Below are positions 19,453 to 29,281 of a stretch of 64,000 nt of DNA, one piece after another. The DNA lies in NCBI GenBank assembly GCA_965227775.1, contig OZ245777.1:416001-480000 (forward strand). Direction: 5' to 3'. Positions within the stretch are counted from its first letter, which is position 1. The number at the start of each line of letters is the position of its first letter. The translations under genes were made by a program, and so were the position numbers. The DNA comes from Phycisphaerales bacterium (GTDB lineage Bacteria; Planctomycetota; Phycisphaerae; Phycisphaerales; UBA1924). Below the pieces are notes generated by a model that was not told the origin of the DNA, ran no database searches, and saw only the letters and a list, made by a program, of their open reading frames with translations.

Positions 19453-20406
19453 TCAGGCTTGCAGGATTCGCCGCAGCCGTTGCAGCACGCTCTCGTCTTC
19501 GGTCCTGGGAACGATACGCGACGGCTCCACGCTGCGCATACCTGGCACGCCGGGGCGGACGCCCAAGATGTCCTGCTCCCAATCGCTGCCGCTCTGGCGC
19601 TCGCTCAGCGGGCCCTCGGCCGAGCCTCGCAGGAACTGGTGGATGATCTGCTCGTCTTCGCTGAGCGATTCGACCTCGGCATCGGGCACGTCCCGCACGC
19701 GCTCGAACCACGCCTTGGACTCGACGGCGAGCATGCGGCCCTTATCGAGCATGGCCATGCGATCGGCGATGGTGAAGGCCGAGTCCATCTCGTGGGTTAC
19801 CACCACGCAGGCGATGCCGAGCTTCTTGGTCAGGTCGAGCAGCAGGCGGTCGATCTGCGCGCTGGTGATCGGGTCAAGCCCGGCGCTCGGCTCATCGCAG
19901 AACAGAAGCTGGGGATCGAGGGCCATCGCTCGGGCCAGCCCTGCCCGCTTCTTCATGCCACCGGAGATCTGCGCTGGGAACAGGTCGGCAGCCTCGCGGA
20001 GCTGCACCTGCTCGAGCTTGATCTTCACCTGGATGTCGATGATCTCCTGGCTTAGCCGCGTGTGCTCCTGAAGCGGCAACGCGACGTTCTCAGCCACGGT
20101 CATGCTGTTAAAGAGCGCGCCGCTCTGGAACAGGATGCCAAACTTCAGGCGCACCTTGTTGAGCTTCTCTTCGGTGAGCCCGCAGATGTCGTGATCGAAC
20201 ATCGAGATGCTGCCGGCATCGCTCTTGAGCGAGCCGATCATGAGGCGCAGCAGCGTGCTCTTGCCAGATCCGGAGCCCCCCATGATGACCATGGTCTCGC
20301 CGGGCATGACGTCGAGGTCGATGCCCTTGAGAATCTCACGCCCGTCAAAGCTCTTGCGCAGGCCTCGGACACGGAGCACCGGGCCATCGTTCTTGCCCGG
20401 CGGCAT
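19453..20406 (-). CDS. mlaF: MlaF-family ABC ATP-binding protein
   Basis: GGSGSGKST, FQSGALFNSMTVAENVALPL, ISGGMKKRAGLARA, DEPSAGLDPI, VTHE. Confidence 0.9.
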   Translation of the reverse strand: MPPGKNDGPVLRVRGLRKSFDGREILKGIDLDVMPGETMVIMGGSGSGKSTLLRLMIGSLKSDAGSISMFDHDICGLTEEKLNKVRLKFGILFQSGALFNSMTVAENVALPLQEHTRLSQEIIDIQVKIKLEQVQLREAADLFPAQISGGMKKRAGLARAMALDPQLLFCDEPSAGLDPITSAQIDRLLLDLTKKLGIACVVVTHEMDSAFTIADRMAMLDKGRMLAVESKAWFERVRDVPDAEVESLSEDEQIIHQFLRGSAEGPLSERQSGSDWEQDILGVRPGVPGMRSVEPSRIVPRTEDESVLQRLRRILQA

Positions 20407-20409
20407 GGC

Positions 20410-21213
20410 TCAGCCCTCGCCCGGTTCGCTGCCGTCGCCGCCATCCTGATCGGGATCGGCTGGAGCCGGGGTGCTTGGAGCCACCGGCGCGGTCGAGCCC
20501 GCCGGCGGCAACAGCCACACCAGTGAACCGTCCGACGCCTCGAACGCGATGTTGTGGACGACGTTCGAGCCGCTGGCACCCTGGTTCGGGATGATGACCA
20601 CAAACAGGACCGTGCCCTGGTCGTACGGCAGCGCGAGCGGGGCCGCGGCGTAGCGACTCTGCGAATACACCTGGCCCGCGTCGGCCTGGGCGGTCTCGAT
20701 GCTCGGACCAACCTCGATGGCGAGCTGGATGAGCTCCCACATACCCTCGGGGCGCCCCTGCATCGTGCCGTGCTCGGCGGCGAGCGCATCGCCCCAGGCA
20801 TCCATCACAGCCTCGTCGAGCAGCGACGCCTGCGCGCTGACCATGTAGCTCTGCGCTTCTTGCAGGTCGCGAGCCTCGACGGCTTCGACCAGCCTTCCGA
20901 GCCCGCTCCACTCGCGACCAGCCGCGGCCATCCCGAAGATGATCGCGATGTTGATGGCCCCAGCGACGAGGCCGATGACGATCGCGGCGATAGCCAGGCC
21001 ACCGCCCTTCTTTCGATCGCCCGACGTGGAGATGAGCACGAGCGCCAACACGCCGAGCAACAAGCCAAAAGGCCCAACGCCGGGGATGCAACAGGCGATC
21101 AGGCCGACCAGCGAGATGACGAACGCGAAGACCGCGAGAAAGCTGGTCTTTGGTTCGAGGTACTCCGGGCCGCCGACAGAATCGTGAGGCTGGGCGTAGG
21201 GATTGTCGCTCAT
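20410..21213 (-). CDS. DUF4190-like membrane protein
   Basis: NPY N-terminus; KTSFLAVFAFVISL...CCIP...LGVLALVLI...GGGLAIAAIVIG. Confidence 0.7.
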   Translation of the reverse strand: MSDNPYAQPHDSVGGPEYLEPKTSFLAVFAFVISLVGLIACCIPGVGPFGLLLGVLALVLISTSGDRKKGGGLAIAAIVIGLVAGAINIAIIFGMAAAGREWSGLGRLVEAVEARDLQEAQSYMVSAQASLLDEAVMDAWGDALAAEHGTMQGRPEGMWELIQLAIEVGPSIETAQADAGQVYSQSRYAAAPLALPYDQGTVLFVVIIPNQGASGSNVVHNIAFEASDGSLVWLLPPAGSTAPVAPSTPAPADPDQDGGDGSEPGEG

Positions 21214-21273
21214 GCCGCAGGGTAGCCCGCTCAGAAGCCAGTCATCGCACAAGAAACGACACCGGGCCCGGGC

Positions 21274-22434
21274 TCAGATGGTCGCCGTGACGACCTGATG
21301 GGCCTCAACGATCGCGTCGGCGGCGAAGCGGACCTCGTCTTCGGTCGTGAAACGCGAGAGGCTGATACGGAGCGAGCCGGCGGCCATCTTCTTGTCGAGC
21401 CCCATCGCGCACAGCACGGGGCTTGGTTCGAGCGATCCGCTGCTGCAGGCCGAGCCCGCCGAGACGCACACGCCCATCTCGGCGAGCGTCAGCAGCATGA
21501 TCTCAGCCTCGGCCCCGGGGATGGCGAGGTTGGTTGTGTTCCACAACCGCTCGCTCGGGTCGCGGGGCCCGTTCACGCACGCGCCCTGGATTCGTTCGAG
21601 CACGGTTCGCTCGAGCTCGTCTCGCAGGCTCGCGACGCGGGCTCGGTTGCTTGGGTCTTCCAGCCACGACTGCGCGCCCCTCGCGGCCTCGCCCAAGCCA
21701 ACGATGCCGGGCACGTTCTCCGTTCCACCGCGGCGCCCGAGTTCCTGCGAGCCGGGCGCCTGCCGACAGATCTTGAACCCGCGGCGGACCCACAGCGCGC
21801 CGATGCCCTTTGGTCCGTGGAACTTGTGGGCGCTAAACGTCAGCATGTCGAACGGACACTCGCGGACGTCAGTATCCATCCTACCGACCCACTGCGTGCC
21901 ATCGACGTGCACGGCGGCCCCCGCGTCCTTGGCCATGTTCGCCAGTTCGGCGATGGGTTGGATGGCGCCGGTCTCGTTGTTTGCCCACTGCACGCTGAGC
22001 ACCGCGACCGAATCGTCGATCATCGAACGCGACTTCTCGAGGTCGATCACGCCACCGGGCCCGATGGGAAGCCACCGCACCTCGGCCTTGCCGCAGGCGT
22101 GGAGGCTCTTGGCGAGCTCTCGGACGGCGGGGTGCTCAAGCCCGCTGGTGACCAGCACACGGCGGTCACAGGTCTTCTCGGTTTCCTCGAGCGCACCGCG
22201 AATTGCAAGCTGGCAGCTCTCGGTGCCGCCCGAGCAGAAGACAATCTCACGCTGGCCCGCGTGGATGAGTTCGGCGACAGACCGCCGGGCCTGCTCGATC
22301 CGCGCCCGCGCCGACTGCCCTGGACGGTGCACGCTGGACGGATTCGCCCAGCAGTTCTCAAGGCACTCGGACACTGCCGAAACCACTTCGGGCAGCGGTC
22401 GCGTGGTCGCGTTGTTGTCCAGGTAGGCGTTCAC
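21274..22434 (-). CDS. Cysteine desulfurase (IscS/NifS class)
   Basis: YLDNNATT, ANPSS, SGGTES, EHPAV, ANNETG, SAHKFHGPKG, SAGSACSS. Confidence 0.95.
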   Translation of the reverse strand: MNAYLDNNATTRPLPEVVSAVSECLENCWANPSSVHRPGQSARARIEQARRSVAELIHAGQREIVFCSGGTESCQLAIRGALEETEKTCDRRVLVTSGLEHPAVRELAKSLHACGKAEVRWLPIGPGGVIDLEKSRSMIDDSVAVLSVQWANNETGAIQPIAELANMAKDAGAAVHVDGTQWVGRMDTDVRECPFDMLTFSAHKFHGPKGIGALWVRRGFKICRQAPGSQELGRRGGTENVPGIVGLGEAARGAQSWLEDPSNRARVASLRDELERTVLERIQGACVNGPRDPSERLWNTTNLAIPGAEAEIMLLTLAEMGVCVSAGSACSSGSLEPSPVLCAMGLDKKMAAGSLRISLSRFTTEDEVRFAADAIVEAHQVVTATI

Positions 22435-22481
22435 CGAACGAGCAGTCCTCCGAGAAATCCAACGTTCATGGCGCGATTGCC

Positions 22482-22610
22482 TCAGCGATCGTCGTCGTCC
22501 TCGTCGTCGTCTTCCTCTTCCTCGTCGTCTTCGTACTCGTCGTCGTCTTCCTCATCCTCGTACTCGTCATCCTCGTACTCGTCGTCTTCGTACTCCTCTT
22601 CTTCCTGGGC
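22482..22610 (-). repeat. Low-complexity coding repeat (EYEDD / poly-D/E)
   Basis: Repeated tcgtactcgtc units encoding EYEDD-like motifs. Confidence 0.8.
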
Positions 22611-23219
22611 CTTCTGCCGCTCCTCGAGCAACTCTTTGAGCTGGTCGGGGTTTAGCACTCGGACGAGGCCGTCCTTCAGGCGACGCTGGGCGAAGTTGAT
22701 GATGAGACCCAGCTCGAGCTCGAGGGCACGGAGCTTGGCACGCGTCTGCAGACGCTCGCCCGTGCCAACGTCACCGGGCCGCGCGACCAGGTCCACGATA
22801 AATCGGTCCTCGACGAACAGCGACGCGGTGACCTGGCCCACGAGCTGGTCCTGGTACTTCACGTCGATGGTCCGGTCGGCAACGTGCTCGATGCCGGCTT
22901 CCTTCATCTCGATCTGCAGCGCCTTGTTGTACATCTCGATAGGCAGGCCCGGGCCCAGCGCCTTGTGCACCTCGATAGCGCAACCGATGACGCGGCGGCT
23001 GATGTCGGTCAGCTCCGGGTCGAGCGCGCTGAGCGGGATGCCCTGTCGGTCGTGCCCATGGCCGCGGCCGTGACCGCGACCCCCGCCGTGCCCGCCACCA
23101 TGCCGGCCTCGGCCGCCGTGACCCCGACCGCGTCCGCCGCCGCCACGTCCGCGACCCCCACCGCCGCCGCGTCCCCGATACTCGCCTCGCTCGTCGTAGT
23201 CTCGCCTGTCGTTGCTCAT
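22482..23219 (-). CDS. GxxExxY (PD-(D/E)xK-like) family protein with RG/G/H-rich N-terminus and acidic C-terminus
   Basis: VIGCAIEVHKALGPGL...Y..AL..E...LGLIINF core; RBS GGAG before ATG 23219. Confidence 0.85.
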   Translation of the reverse strand: MSNDRRDYDERGEYRGRGGGGGRGRGGGGRGRGHGGRGRHGGGHGGGRGHGRGHGHDRQGIPLSALDPELTDISRRVIGCAIEVHKALGPGLPIEMYNKALQIEMKEAGIEHVADRTIDVKYQDQLVGQVTASLFVEDRFIVDLVARPGDVGTGERLQTRAKLRALELELGLIINFAQRRLKDGLVRVLNPDQLKELLEERQKAQEEEEYEDDEYEDDEYEDEEDDDEYEDDEEEEDDDEDDDDR

Positions 23220-23493
23220 CTGAAGTGCTCCAAAGAGATGGGACCAAGGGTTGGAAACTGGTAATTGGGGTACGGCCCGCGGGTCGGGCTCGTTCCACGC
23301 GACGCGAGGGCCGCTACGCGGGTTCTGATGGTGGAATCGGGTCGCAGGCCGGGTTGGTGGCCTGCCGATGGATCGGGCTCTGGTAGGAAGCCGAAGGGGG
23401 CGGGCCAACCCGTACCGCCACCGCCGTATCCCTGAAGGATACCACGAACCGGCGTCCGGCGACACGCAATCTTCTCGGAGAGCCCGGAACTCG

Positions 23494-24282
23494 TCAGAAC
23501 GCCGGTGTCCGCCCGCCGTCCACCGCCAGCACCGTACCAGTGATGTACGAGGCCGCGGGCGTGCAGTAGAAGGCGACCGCGGCGGCCACCTCCTCAGGCT
23601 CGCCCAGGCGCCCCATGGGGATCGAAGTGATCGCCTCATCCTTCACGGCGTTCGCATCGCTGCCCAGGCGGCTCGCCTTGGCGTCGAACAGGCTGCTCAG
23701 GCGGGCAGTGTCGGTGAAGCCGGGCAGTACGCTGTTGACGGTGACCTTGTCCTTGGCGACCTCGCCCGCCAGCGTCTTGGCCCAGGCCGCGACCGCGGCC
23801 CGGACGGTGTTGCTGACCCCGAGCCCGGGGATGGGGCACTTCACACTCGTGCTGATGATGCTCACGATCCGGCCGAAGCCCTTCTGCCTCATGCTCGGCA
23901 GGACGAGGTTGGCCAGGTTCTGGTTGTTCACCAGGTGGGCCGTCATGCCCTTGATGAACGCCTCGCCACCCGCCTCGGTGATCGGCCCGCCGGGCGGCCC
24001 ACCCGTGTTGTTCACAAGGATGTCGAAGCCGCCGGCCCGATCGAGGGCCCCGCTCGCCTCGTCCAGCACCATCGCGGGGTCGTGGAAGTCGGCGATGGCA
24101 ATGTCGTGCTCGACTCCATCGACCGCGGGCAGAGACGCCGTCGCCTCGTCCAGCCGCTGCGGATCGCGGGCGAAGAGCGTCACGCGGCAGCCCAGCGAAG
24201 CCAGCGCTACAGCCGAAGCAAATCCGATGCCCTGGCTGGCACCGCAGACCAGAGCGGCACGTCCGTGGAGGTTGGTGTCCAT
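23494..24282 (-). CDS. SDR family oxidoreductase (3-oxoacyl-ACP reductase-like)
   Basis: [22 protein letters not shown] at the YxxxK position, PGFTDT, VDGG. Confidence 0.9.
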   Translation of the reverse strand: MDTNLHGRAALVCGASQGIGFASAVALASLGCRVTLFARDPQRLDEATASLPAVDGVEHDIAIADFHDPAMVLDEASGALDRAGGFDILVNNTGGPPGGPITEAGGEAFIKGMTAHLVNNQNLANLVLPSMRQKGFGRIVSIISTSVKCPIPGLGVSNTVRAAVAAWAKTLAGEVAKDKVTVNSVLPGFTDTARLSSLFDAKASRLGSDANAVKDEAITSIPMGRLGEPEEVAAAVAFYCTPAASYITGTVLAVDGGRTPAF

Positions 24283-24374
24283 GGGCGACCATAGGAGAGG
24301 GTGGGCCGCGCTTGGAGCGACCCCGGGATAGCGTGCCCGGTTCGCACATCGCTCGAATGCCAGGAGGAACGCCC

Positions 24375-24704
24375 ATGAATCCGAGAATGAAGATCGCCGC
24401 CACATTAACCGCCGGGCTCGCGTGCGGGCTGGGAGTCTCGGTCATGCTCGCAACGGCCAAGACCGGCGAATCCGACGGAAGCCCCTTCCAGGCAAGCGTC
24501 ACGACGCACGGGGATTGGGTTGCCGTGTGGCGTCACCACGAGTCTGGCGCCGAGTTGACGCTTGCTGGCGTCGCCGACGCAGAGACGCAGATAGCCCAGC
24601 GGCTCAACGCTGAGTTCCGATATGCCAAGCAGGAGTACGGCGCTGATGATCCGCGAACGCTGGAAGCCGGCCGCATGATCGATCGCTTTGCCAATCGGCG
24701 CTAG
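24375..24704 (+). CDS. Small hypothetical exported or membrane-anchored protein
   Basis: RBS AGGAGG; N-terminal hydrophobic segment. Confidence 0.6.
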   Translation: MNPRMKIAATLTAGLACGLGVSVMLATAKTGESDGSPFQASVTTHGDWVAVWRHHESGAELTLAGVADAETQIAQRLNAEFRYAKQEYGADDPRTLEAGRMIDRFANRR

Positions 24705-24815
24705 AACCAGGTTCACACGCCTGCGGAAGCGAAAACTCCGGCTCGGATCGTGCCCTTTTCGATTACATTGGAGCAGACGCACACCGTCGAGCCGCCCCCA
24801 AGCAGGAGAGAAGAG

Positions 24816-25415
24816 ATGGCCCGCCCGACCCCTACAATCATCGCAGCTGCAGTTGTCTTGGCCTGCACGGCCCCGGCCCTCGCCCAGGCCATCGACATCT
24901 TTGCCGACATCCCAAGCCAGCCCGGCGAGACGGCCACGATCACCCTCGGGGCTCGCTTCGATGGAGCGGCCGACTACGCCATGGCAGGCATCGCCACCAG
25001 CCTGGTGCACACCAGCATGCGCGGCCAGTTCTTCTTGGACGGCCAGCGATTGGTCGCGCCCATGGACGGACCTGGCACGTCGGCAGGCATGGCCACCGGC
25101 TCGTCGTACGACGGCATCATTGCCGGCCAGCTCAACTTCCCGCCAGCGGGCATCTTCGCCGACCCGACGAACCCCATCGCGTTCTGGCAGGTCGACTACA
25201 GCTTCGAGTTCGATCCGCGCGGCGGCCCGGCGGTGCTGGACCTTCGCACGCTCACGACCCGCTTCGACGTCTACGTCGACCGCGACTCGGGCACGAGCGA
25301 GAGCCGCTTGGACGGACTGGTCGAAGGGGAAGGCCAGGTGGTCATCTTCCCGGCACCCGGCACGGGCATCGCGTTGCTTGGTGGCCTGGCGCTCGCCTTA
25401 CGCCGGCGGCGTTAA
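24816..25415 (+). CDS. Exported beta-rich protein with PEP-CTERM-like (PAP) sorting signal
   Basis: RBS AGGAG; signal ALA|Q; ends FPAPGTGIALLGGLALALRRRR. Confidence 0.85.
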   Translation: MARPTPTIIAAAVVLACTAPALAQAIDIFADIPSQPGETATITLGARFDGAADYAMAGIATSLVHTSMRGQFFLDGQRLVAPMDGPGTSAGMATGSSYDGIIAGQLNFPPAGIFADPTNPIAFWQVDYSFEFDPRGGPAVLDLRTLTTRFDVYVDRDSGTSESRLDGLVEGEGQVVIFPAPGTGIALLGGLALALRRRR

Positions 25416-28400
25416 CTCGCCGCGATCTGTTCTCGCGAGCCGCTCGGGAGCAACCGCTTGCACAGCACATCGACCAAGGTTCTTCCCTGGCGGTACTGGT
25501 CGGGCGGCCGCCAGTAGATCTCGTGTAGGGGCCGTTGCGTGTCCGCGTCGCGGCGCTTCGCGCCGCCGCTGCTGGGCGTCAGGCTCGTGAGCGAACCAGC
25601 AACGCCCTCGAGCTTGTCGAGCACGGACCGAGGATCGGCGGCGAACAGGATGACATCGGCCCCGCGCACGGCGGCGCTGCTCACGCCCGCGCTCGCCAGC
25701 GCGACGCGTAGCTCGGCCAGGCTCAATAACCGCTCCACTTGACCCGGCGGCTTGCCGTACGCCTCGGCCAGATCCTCGCGCACGGCGTTGACCTCATCCA
25801 AGCTGCTGGCGAGCGCCATGCGGCGGTAGGCGGCCATGCGGCGCACATCGCCGGGGATGTAGCTCTCGGGAATGTACCCCTTCAGCCCAACATCGAGCGC
25901 GATGCGGCTGTGCGTGACGCTCCGCTGTCCTGTCATCTCCTGCACGGCCTGTTCCAACAACCGGCAGTACATGTCGTACCCCACCACCGCGATGTGGCCG
26001 GACTGCTCGGAGCCCAGCAAGTTGCCCGCGCCGCGGATCTCCAGGTCGCGCATCGCGATCTTGAAGCCCGCGCCGAGCATCGCATACTGCTCAACAGCCG
26101 CCAGCCGCTTCTTGGCGACCGCACTCAGGATGCCATCCTCGGGAAGCAACAGATAGCAGTACGCGCGTCGGCTCGATCGCCCGACGCGGCCGCGGAGCTG
26201 GTGCAGGTCGGCGAGCCCGAAGTTGTCCGCGTCGGCGATGATCATGGTGTTCGCGCTGGGCTGGTCGATGCCGCTCTCAATGATGGTGGTACTGACCAGG
26301 ATGTCCGCCTCGCGGCGCACAAACTTCAGCATGACCTCCTCGAGCTGACCGCCCGGCATCTGGCCGTGTCCCACCACGATGTCCGCCTCGGGCGCCAGCC
26401 CCTGCACCTCGGCGGCCCGCGACTTGATGTCCTTCACGCGGTTGTGGACGAAGAAGACCTGGCCCTCGCGCGCGAGCTCGCGGGCGATCGCCTGCTCGAT
26501 GCGGCGGCGATCGAACGGCATGACCTCCGTCACCACGCTCTGCCGTTCGGCTGGCGGTGTGGTCAGGCTCGAGATATCTCGCAGGCCCAGCATGGCCATG
26601 TGCAGCGTCCGCGGGATGGGCGTGGCGCTCAGTGTGAGCACATCTGCCTCGGTCCTGAGCCGCAGCAACTGCTCCTTGTGTTCGACGCCGAATCGCTGCT
26701 CCTCGTCGATGACGACCAGTCCAAGATCGCTGAAGCGCACGTCCTTGCTTAGGAGCCGGTGCGTGCCGATGATGACGTCGACCTCACCCTTGCGCAGGGC
26801 CTTGAGCGTGCTATTGGCCTCCTTCGTTGTCTTGTATCGTGAGATGCTCTCGACACGAAAGGGATACGCCGCGAAGCGCTCTCGAAACGTCCGCTCGTGC
26901 TGCTCGGCCAGCACCGTCGTCGGCACGAGCACGGCCACCTGCTTGCCAAACTCGACCGCCTTGAACGCCGCACGGATGGCAAGCTCGGTCTTGCCAAACC
27001 CAACATCGCCGCAGATGAGGCGGTCCATCGGCCGAGCGCTGGACATGTCTCGCTTGATGCTGCTGAGGGCTGCGAGCTGGTCGTCGGTCTCCTGATACGG
27101 AAACTCGGCCTCAAATTCCTTCTGCCACGTCGTATCGGCGGGGTAGGCGATACCCGGGCTGGCCTCGCGCGCGGCACGCACGCGCAGCAACTCGCCCGCG
27201 AGGTCCTTCACCGACTCGGCAACCTTCTCCTTCTGGTTCTTCCAGCGAGCCCCGCCCAACTGCGAGAGCGGTGGCGTGCCGCTGAACCCACCGACGTACT
27301 TCTGCACCAGATCGACCTGCGTCGCGGGCACATGCAGGCGGGCGCGATCCTTGAACTCGAGGGTCAGGAACTCCTCGACGTTGAAGTCGTTGGGTTTCTT
27401 TTTCTTACCCTTGGCCGCCTTTGCAATGTCGGTGCTCTTGCCCGAACCATCGATCTCCATGAGCGTCAGGCCCACGAACCGTGCGATGCCATGATCAGCG
27501 TGCACGACGTGGTCGCCCGGTGCGAAGTCGAGGAACGCGTCCACCGTGCGCGCACTCTTGATCCGCGCGTGCCGCCTGCGAACGGGCGCGCGGCCGAGCA
27601 TCTCGTGCAACGGCAGGACGGCGATGGTGTTGTCTTTCTCATCAACTCGCCGCCACACGAAGCCGTGGGCAATCGCGGCGTGCCAGGGCTCCAGGTTCTT
27701 CACCTTTGCCTCTTCCATGAGCTCGCCCAAGCGGCTGACTTCGCCCGGCGTGGCACACGGCACGAGCGCACGGGTGCGCTTATCGGCGGCCCACCGGCTT
27801 GCCGCGGCGATGACTTCGATCGCGCCGCCCGCGCCATCGGCCCTGAAGTCCGGTGGTCGCTCGACGGGAAGGCTCAGCTCGTCGGCATCGCCCGTGCTCG
27901 AGTACTGGTTCAGCTCCGCGAAGGCGTGCAGTCGCTCCTGGGCAAGCTTCACCACATTGGTGTGCGAGATGACGCCCGACTCGGCACGCACGCGTTCGAA
28001 GTAGCCGCGGCCCTGCTCGCTAACCTCGAGCGTCTCGACAAGCACACCGAACGCGTGCTCAGGGCAGTGCTCAACGAAGCACACGCCACTGCCCTGCGCC
28101 TGCTCGCCCTCGATGGCGGCTGGCAGGTCGACGGCGTCCATCGTCGTCACGCTGGCCAGGCTCTGCACGTCGATCTCGGCAATTCGATCAACCTCGTCAC
28201 CAAAGAAGTCGAGGCGCACCGGCACCGCAGCGTCTTGGTCGGCGCCGGGCGCCGCGGGAAAGACGTCGATGATGCCACCGCGCTGGGCGAACTGGCCGGG
28301 CTCGTCGACGGCGTCCACCCGGTCATAGCCGGCATCGCCCAGCCATCGGATCAGCTGGCCCGGGTCGACGCGATCGCTGCGCTGCACGCGTCGGCTGAGC

Positions 28401-28795
28401 CGTTCGAGTTGCTCGGCCGCGGGAGCCGGCTGCATCCACGCGTGGATCGACCCCACGATTGCGAACGGCGTGTCGGTCGCTCCCAGTTCTCTCGCCCGAC
28501 GCACGGCCGCGACACGCCCGGCGAGCGCTCGGGCCGACACGCCATCGGGTCCGGCCTCGATCGCCGGCAACTCGACGACCTCGAGGCCCACGCCTTCGAG
28601 TTCGTCGGCCGCGTGCTGGGCGTCTTCGACGTGGGCGTGGATGAGCACGACTGGCCGGCAGAGCCGCTGCGCGAGGGCCGCGACGGTGAAGCTCGGCGAC
28701 GCGCCGATGGCGCCGCGCACGCGCGGCCTTCCCTTGCCGCTCAGGGCATGGGCCAATTCGTCGAGTCCGCCGAGATCTGCGAGCAACTCGTGCAA
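25412..28795 (-). CDS. mfd: Transcription-repair coupling factor Mfd
   Basis: UvrB-like N-terminus (RGGIIDVFP...RLDFFGDE), GDHVVH..HGIARF, CGDVGFGKT, DEEQRFGV, QLRGRVGRS, TRCF domain. Confidence 0.97.
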   Translation of the reverse strand: MHELLADLGGLDELAHALSGKGRPRVRGAIGASPSFTVAALAQRLCRPVVLIHAHVEDAQHAADELEGVGLEVVELPAIEAGPDGVSARALAGRVAAVRRARELGATDTPFAIVGSIHAWMQPAPAAEQLERLSRRVQRSDRVDPGQLIRWLGDAGYDRVDAVDEPGQFAQRGGIIDVFPAAPGADQDAAVPVRLDFFGDEVDRIAEIDVQSLASVTTMDAVDLPAAIEGEQAQGSGVCFVEHCPEHAFGVLVETLEVSEQGRGYFERVRAESGVISHTNVVKLAQERLHAFAELNQYSSTGDADELSLPVERPPDFRADGAGGAIEVIAAASRWAADKRTRALVPCATPGEVSRLGELMEEAKVKNLEPWHAAIAHGFVWRRVDEKDNTIAVLPLHEMLGRAPVRRRHARIKSARTVDAFLDFAPGDHVVHADHGIARFVGLTLMEIDGSGKSTDIAKAAKGKKKKPNDFNVEEFLTLEFKDRARLHVPATQVDLVQKYVGGFSGTPPLSQLGGARWKNQKEKVAESVKDLAGELLRVRAAREASPGIAYPADTTWQKEFEAEFPYQETDDQLAALSSIKRDMSSARPMDRLICGDVGFGKTELAIRAAFKAVEFGKQVAVLVPTTVLAEQHERTFRERFAAYPFRVESISRYKTTKEANSTLKALRKGEVDVIIGTHRLLSKDVRFSDLGLVVIDEEQRFGVEHKEQLLRLRTEADVLTLSATPIPRTLHMAMLGLRDISSLTTPPAERQSVVTEVMPFDRRRIEQAIARELAREGQVFFVHNRVKDIKSRAAEVQGLAPEADIVVGHGQMPGGQLEEVMLKFVRREADILVSTTIIESGIDQPSANTMIIADADNFGLADLHQLRGRVGRSSRRAYCYLLLPEDGILSAVAKKRLAAVEQYAMLGAGFKIAMRDLEIRGAGNLLGSEQSGHIAVVGYDMYCRLLEQAVQEMTGQRSVTHSRIALDVGLKGYIPESYIPGDVRRMAAYRRMALASSLDEVNAVREDLAEAYGKPPGQVERLLSLAELRVALASAGVSSAAVRGADVILFAADPRSVLDKLEGVAGSLTSLTPSSGGAKRRDADTQRPLHEIYWRPPDQYRQGRTLVDVLCKRLLPSGSREQIAAS

Positions 28796-28816
28796 GCGGG
28801 AGAAAATCTTAGGTCG

Positions 28817-29281
28817 CTACTTTGGCTCGCCTGCCGGCTCGATGCGCACGTACGGACGAACCCCTTCCACGGTCGCTGGGCCGATGCCGCGGACGCGCGC
28901 GAGGTCCTCAACCGTGCGGAAGGGGCCTTGCGAATCTCGGCTCTCGATGATCGCGGCCGCTCGTGATGGGCCGATGCCCGGCAGCAGCTGGAGTTGGTCG
29001 GCCGTCGCCGTGTTGACGTCGATCATCATGCCCGCGGCCGGCGCCGGCTTCGGCGCGTACGGAGGAGCGGCTGTCTGGGCGGAGGAGGCGGGATCGGCCA
29101 TCGCAGGCTCAACCGGCGTCCCCGTGCGCGGCTCGATCTGCTGCGGCACGAACACCACCGGCCGCGGCGGCGGCGTTGGTCTTGTTGCAAGTCCGTAGCC
29201 GACGCCGGCAAGACCAACACCGGAGATGAGCAGCGCCGCGACCCAGCGGGCGCTCTGCGGCGAGGGCGCTGCGCCTGTCAC
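28817..29281 (-). CDS. comEA: ComEA-family helix-hairpin-helix DNA-binding protein
   Basis: TM anchor; IDVNTATADQLQLLPGIGPSRA...GPFRTVEDLARVRGIGPAT. Confidence 0.9.
   Translation of the reverse strand: MTGAAPSPQSARWVAALLISGVGLAGVGYGLATRPTPPPRPVVFVPQQIEPRTGTPVEPAMADPASSAQTAAPPYAPKPAPAAGMMIDVNTATADQLQLLPGIGPSRAAAIIESRDSQGPFRTVEDLARVRGIGPATVEGVRPYVRIEPAGEPK

Noticed and set aside
23220..23493. ncRNA (SRP, 6S or riboswitch) upstream of the GxxExxY gene
   Set aside because: Only short hairpins (GCAGGCC/GGCCTGC, GTATCC/GGATAC) are present and I recognise no family signature; an Rfam search would be needed.
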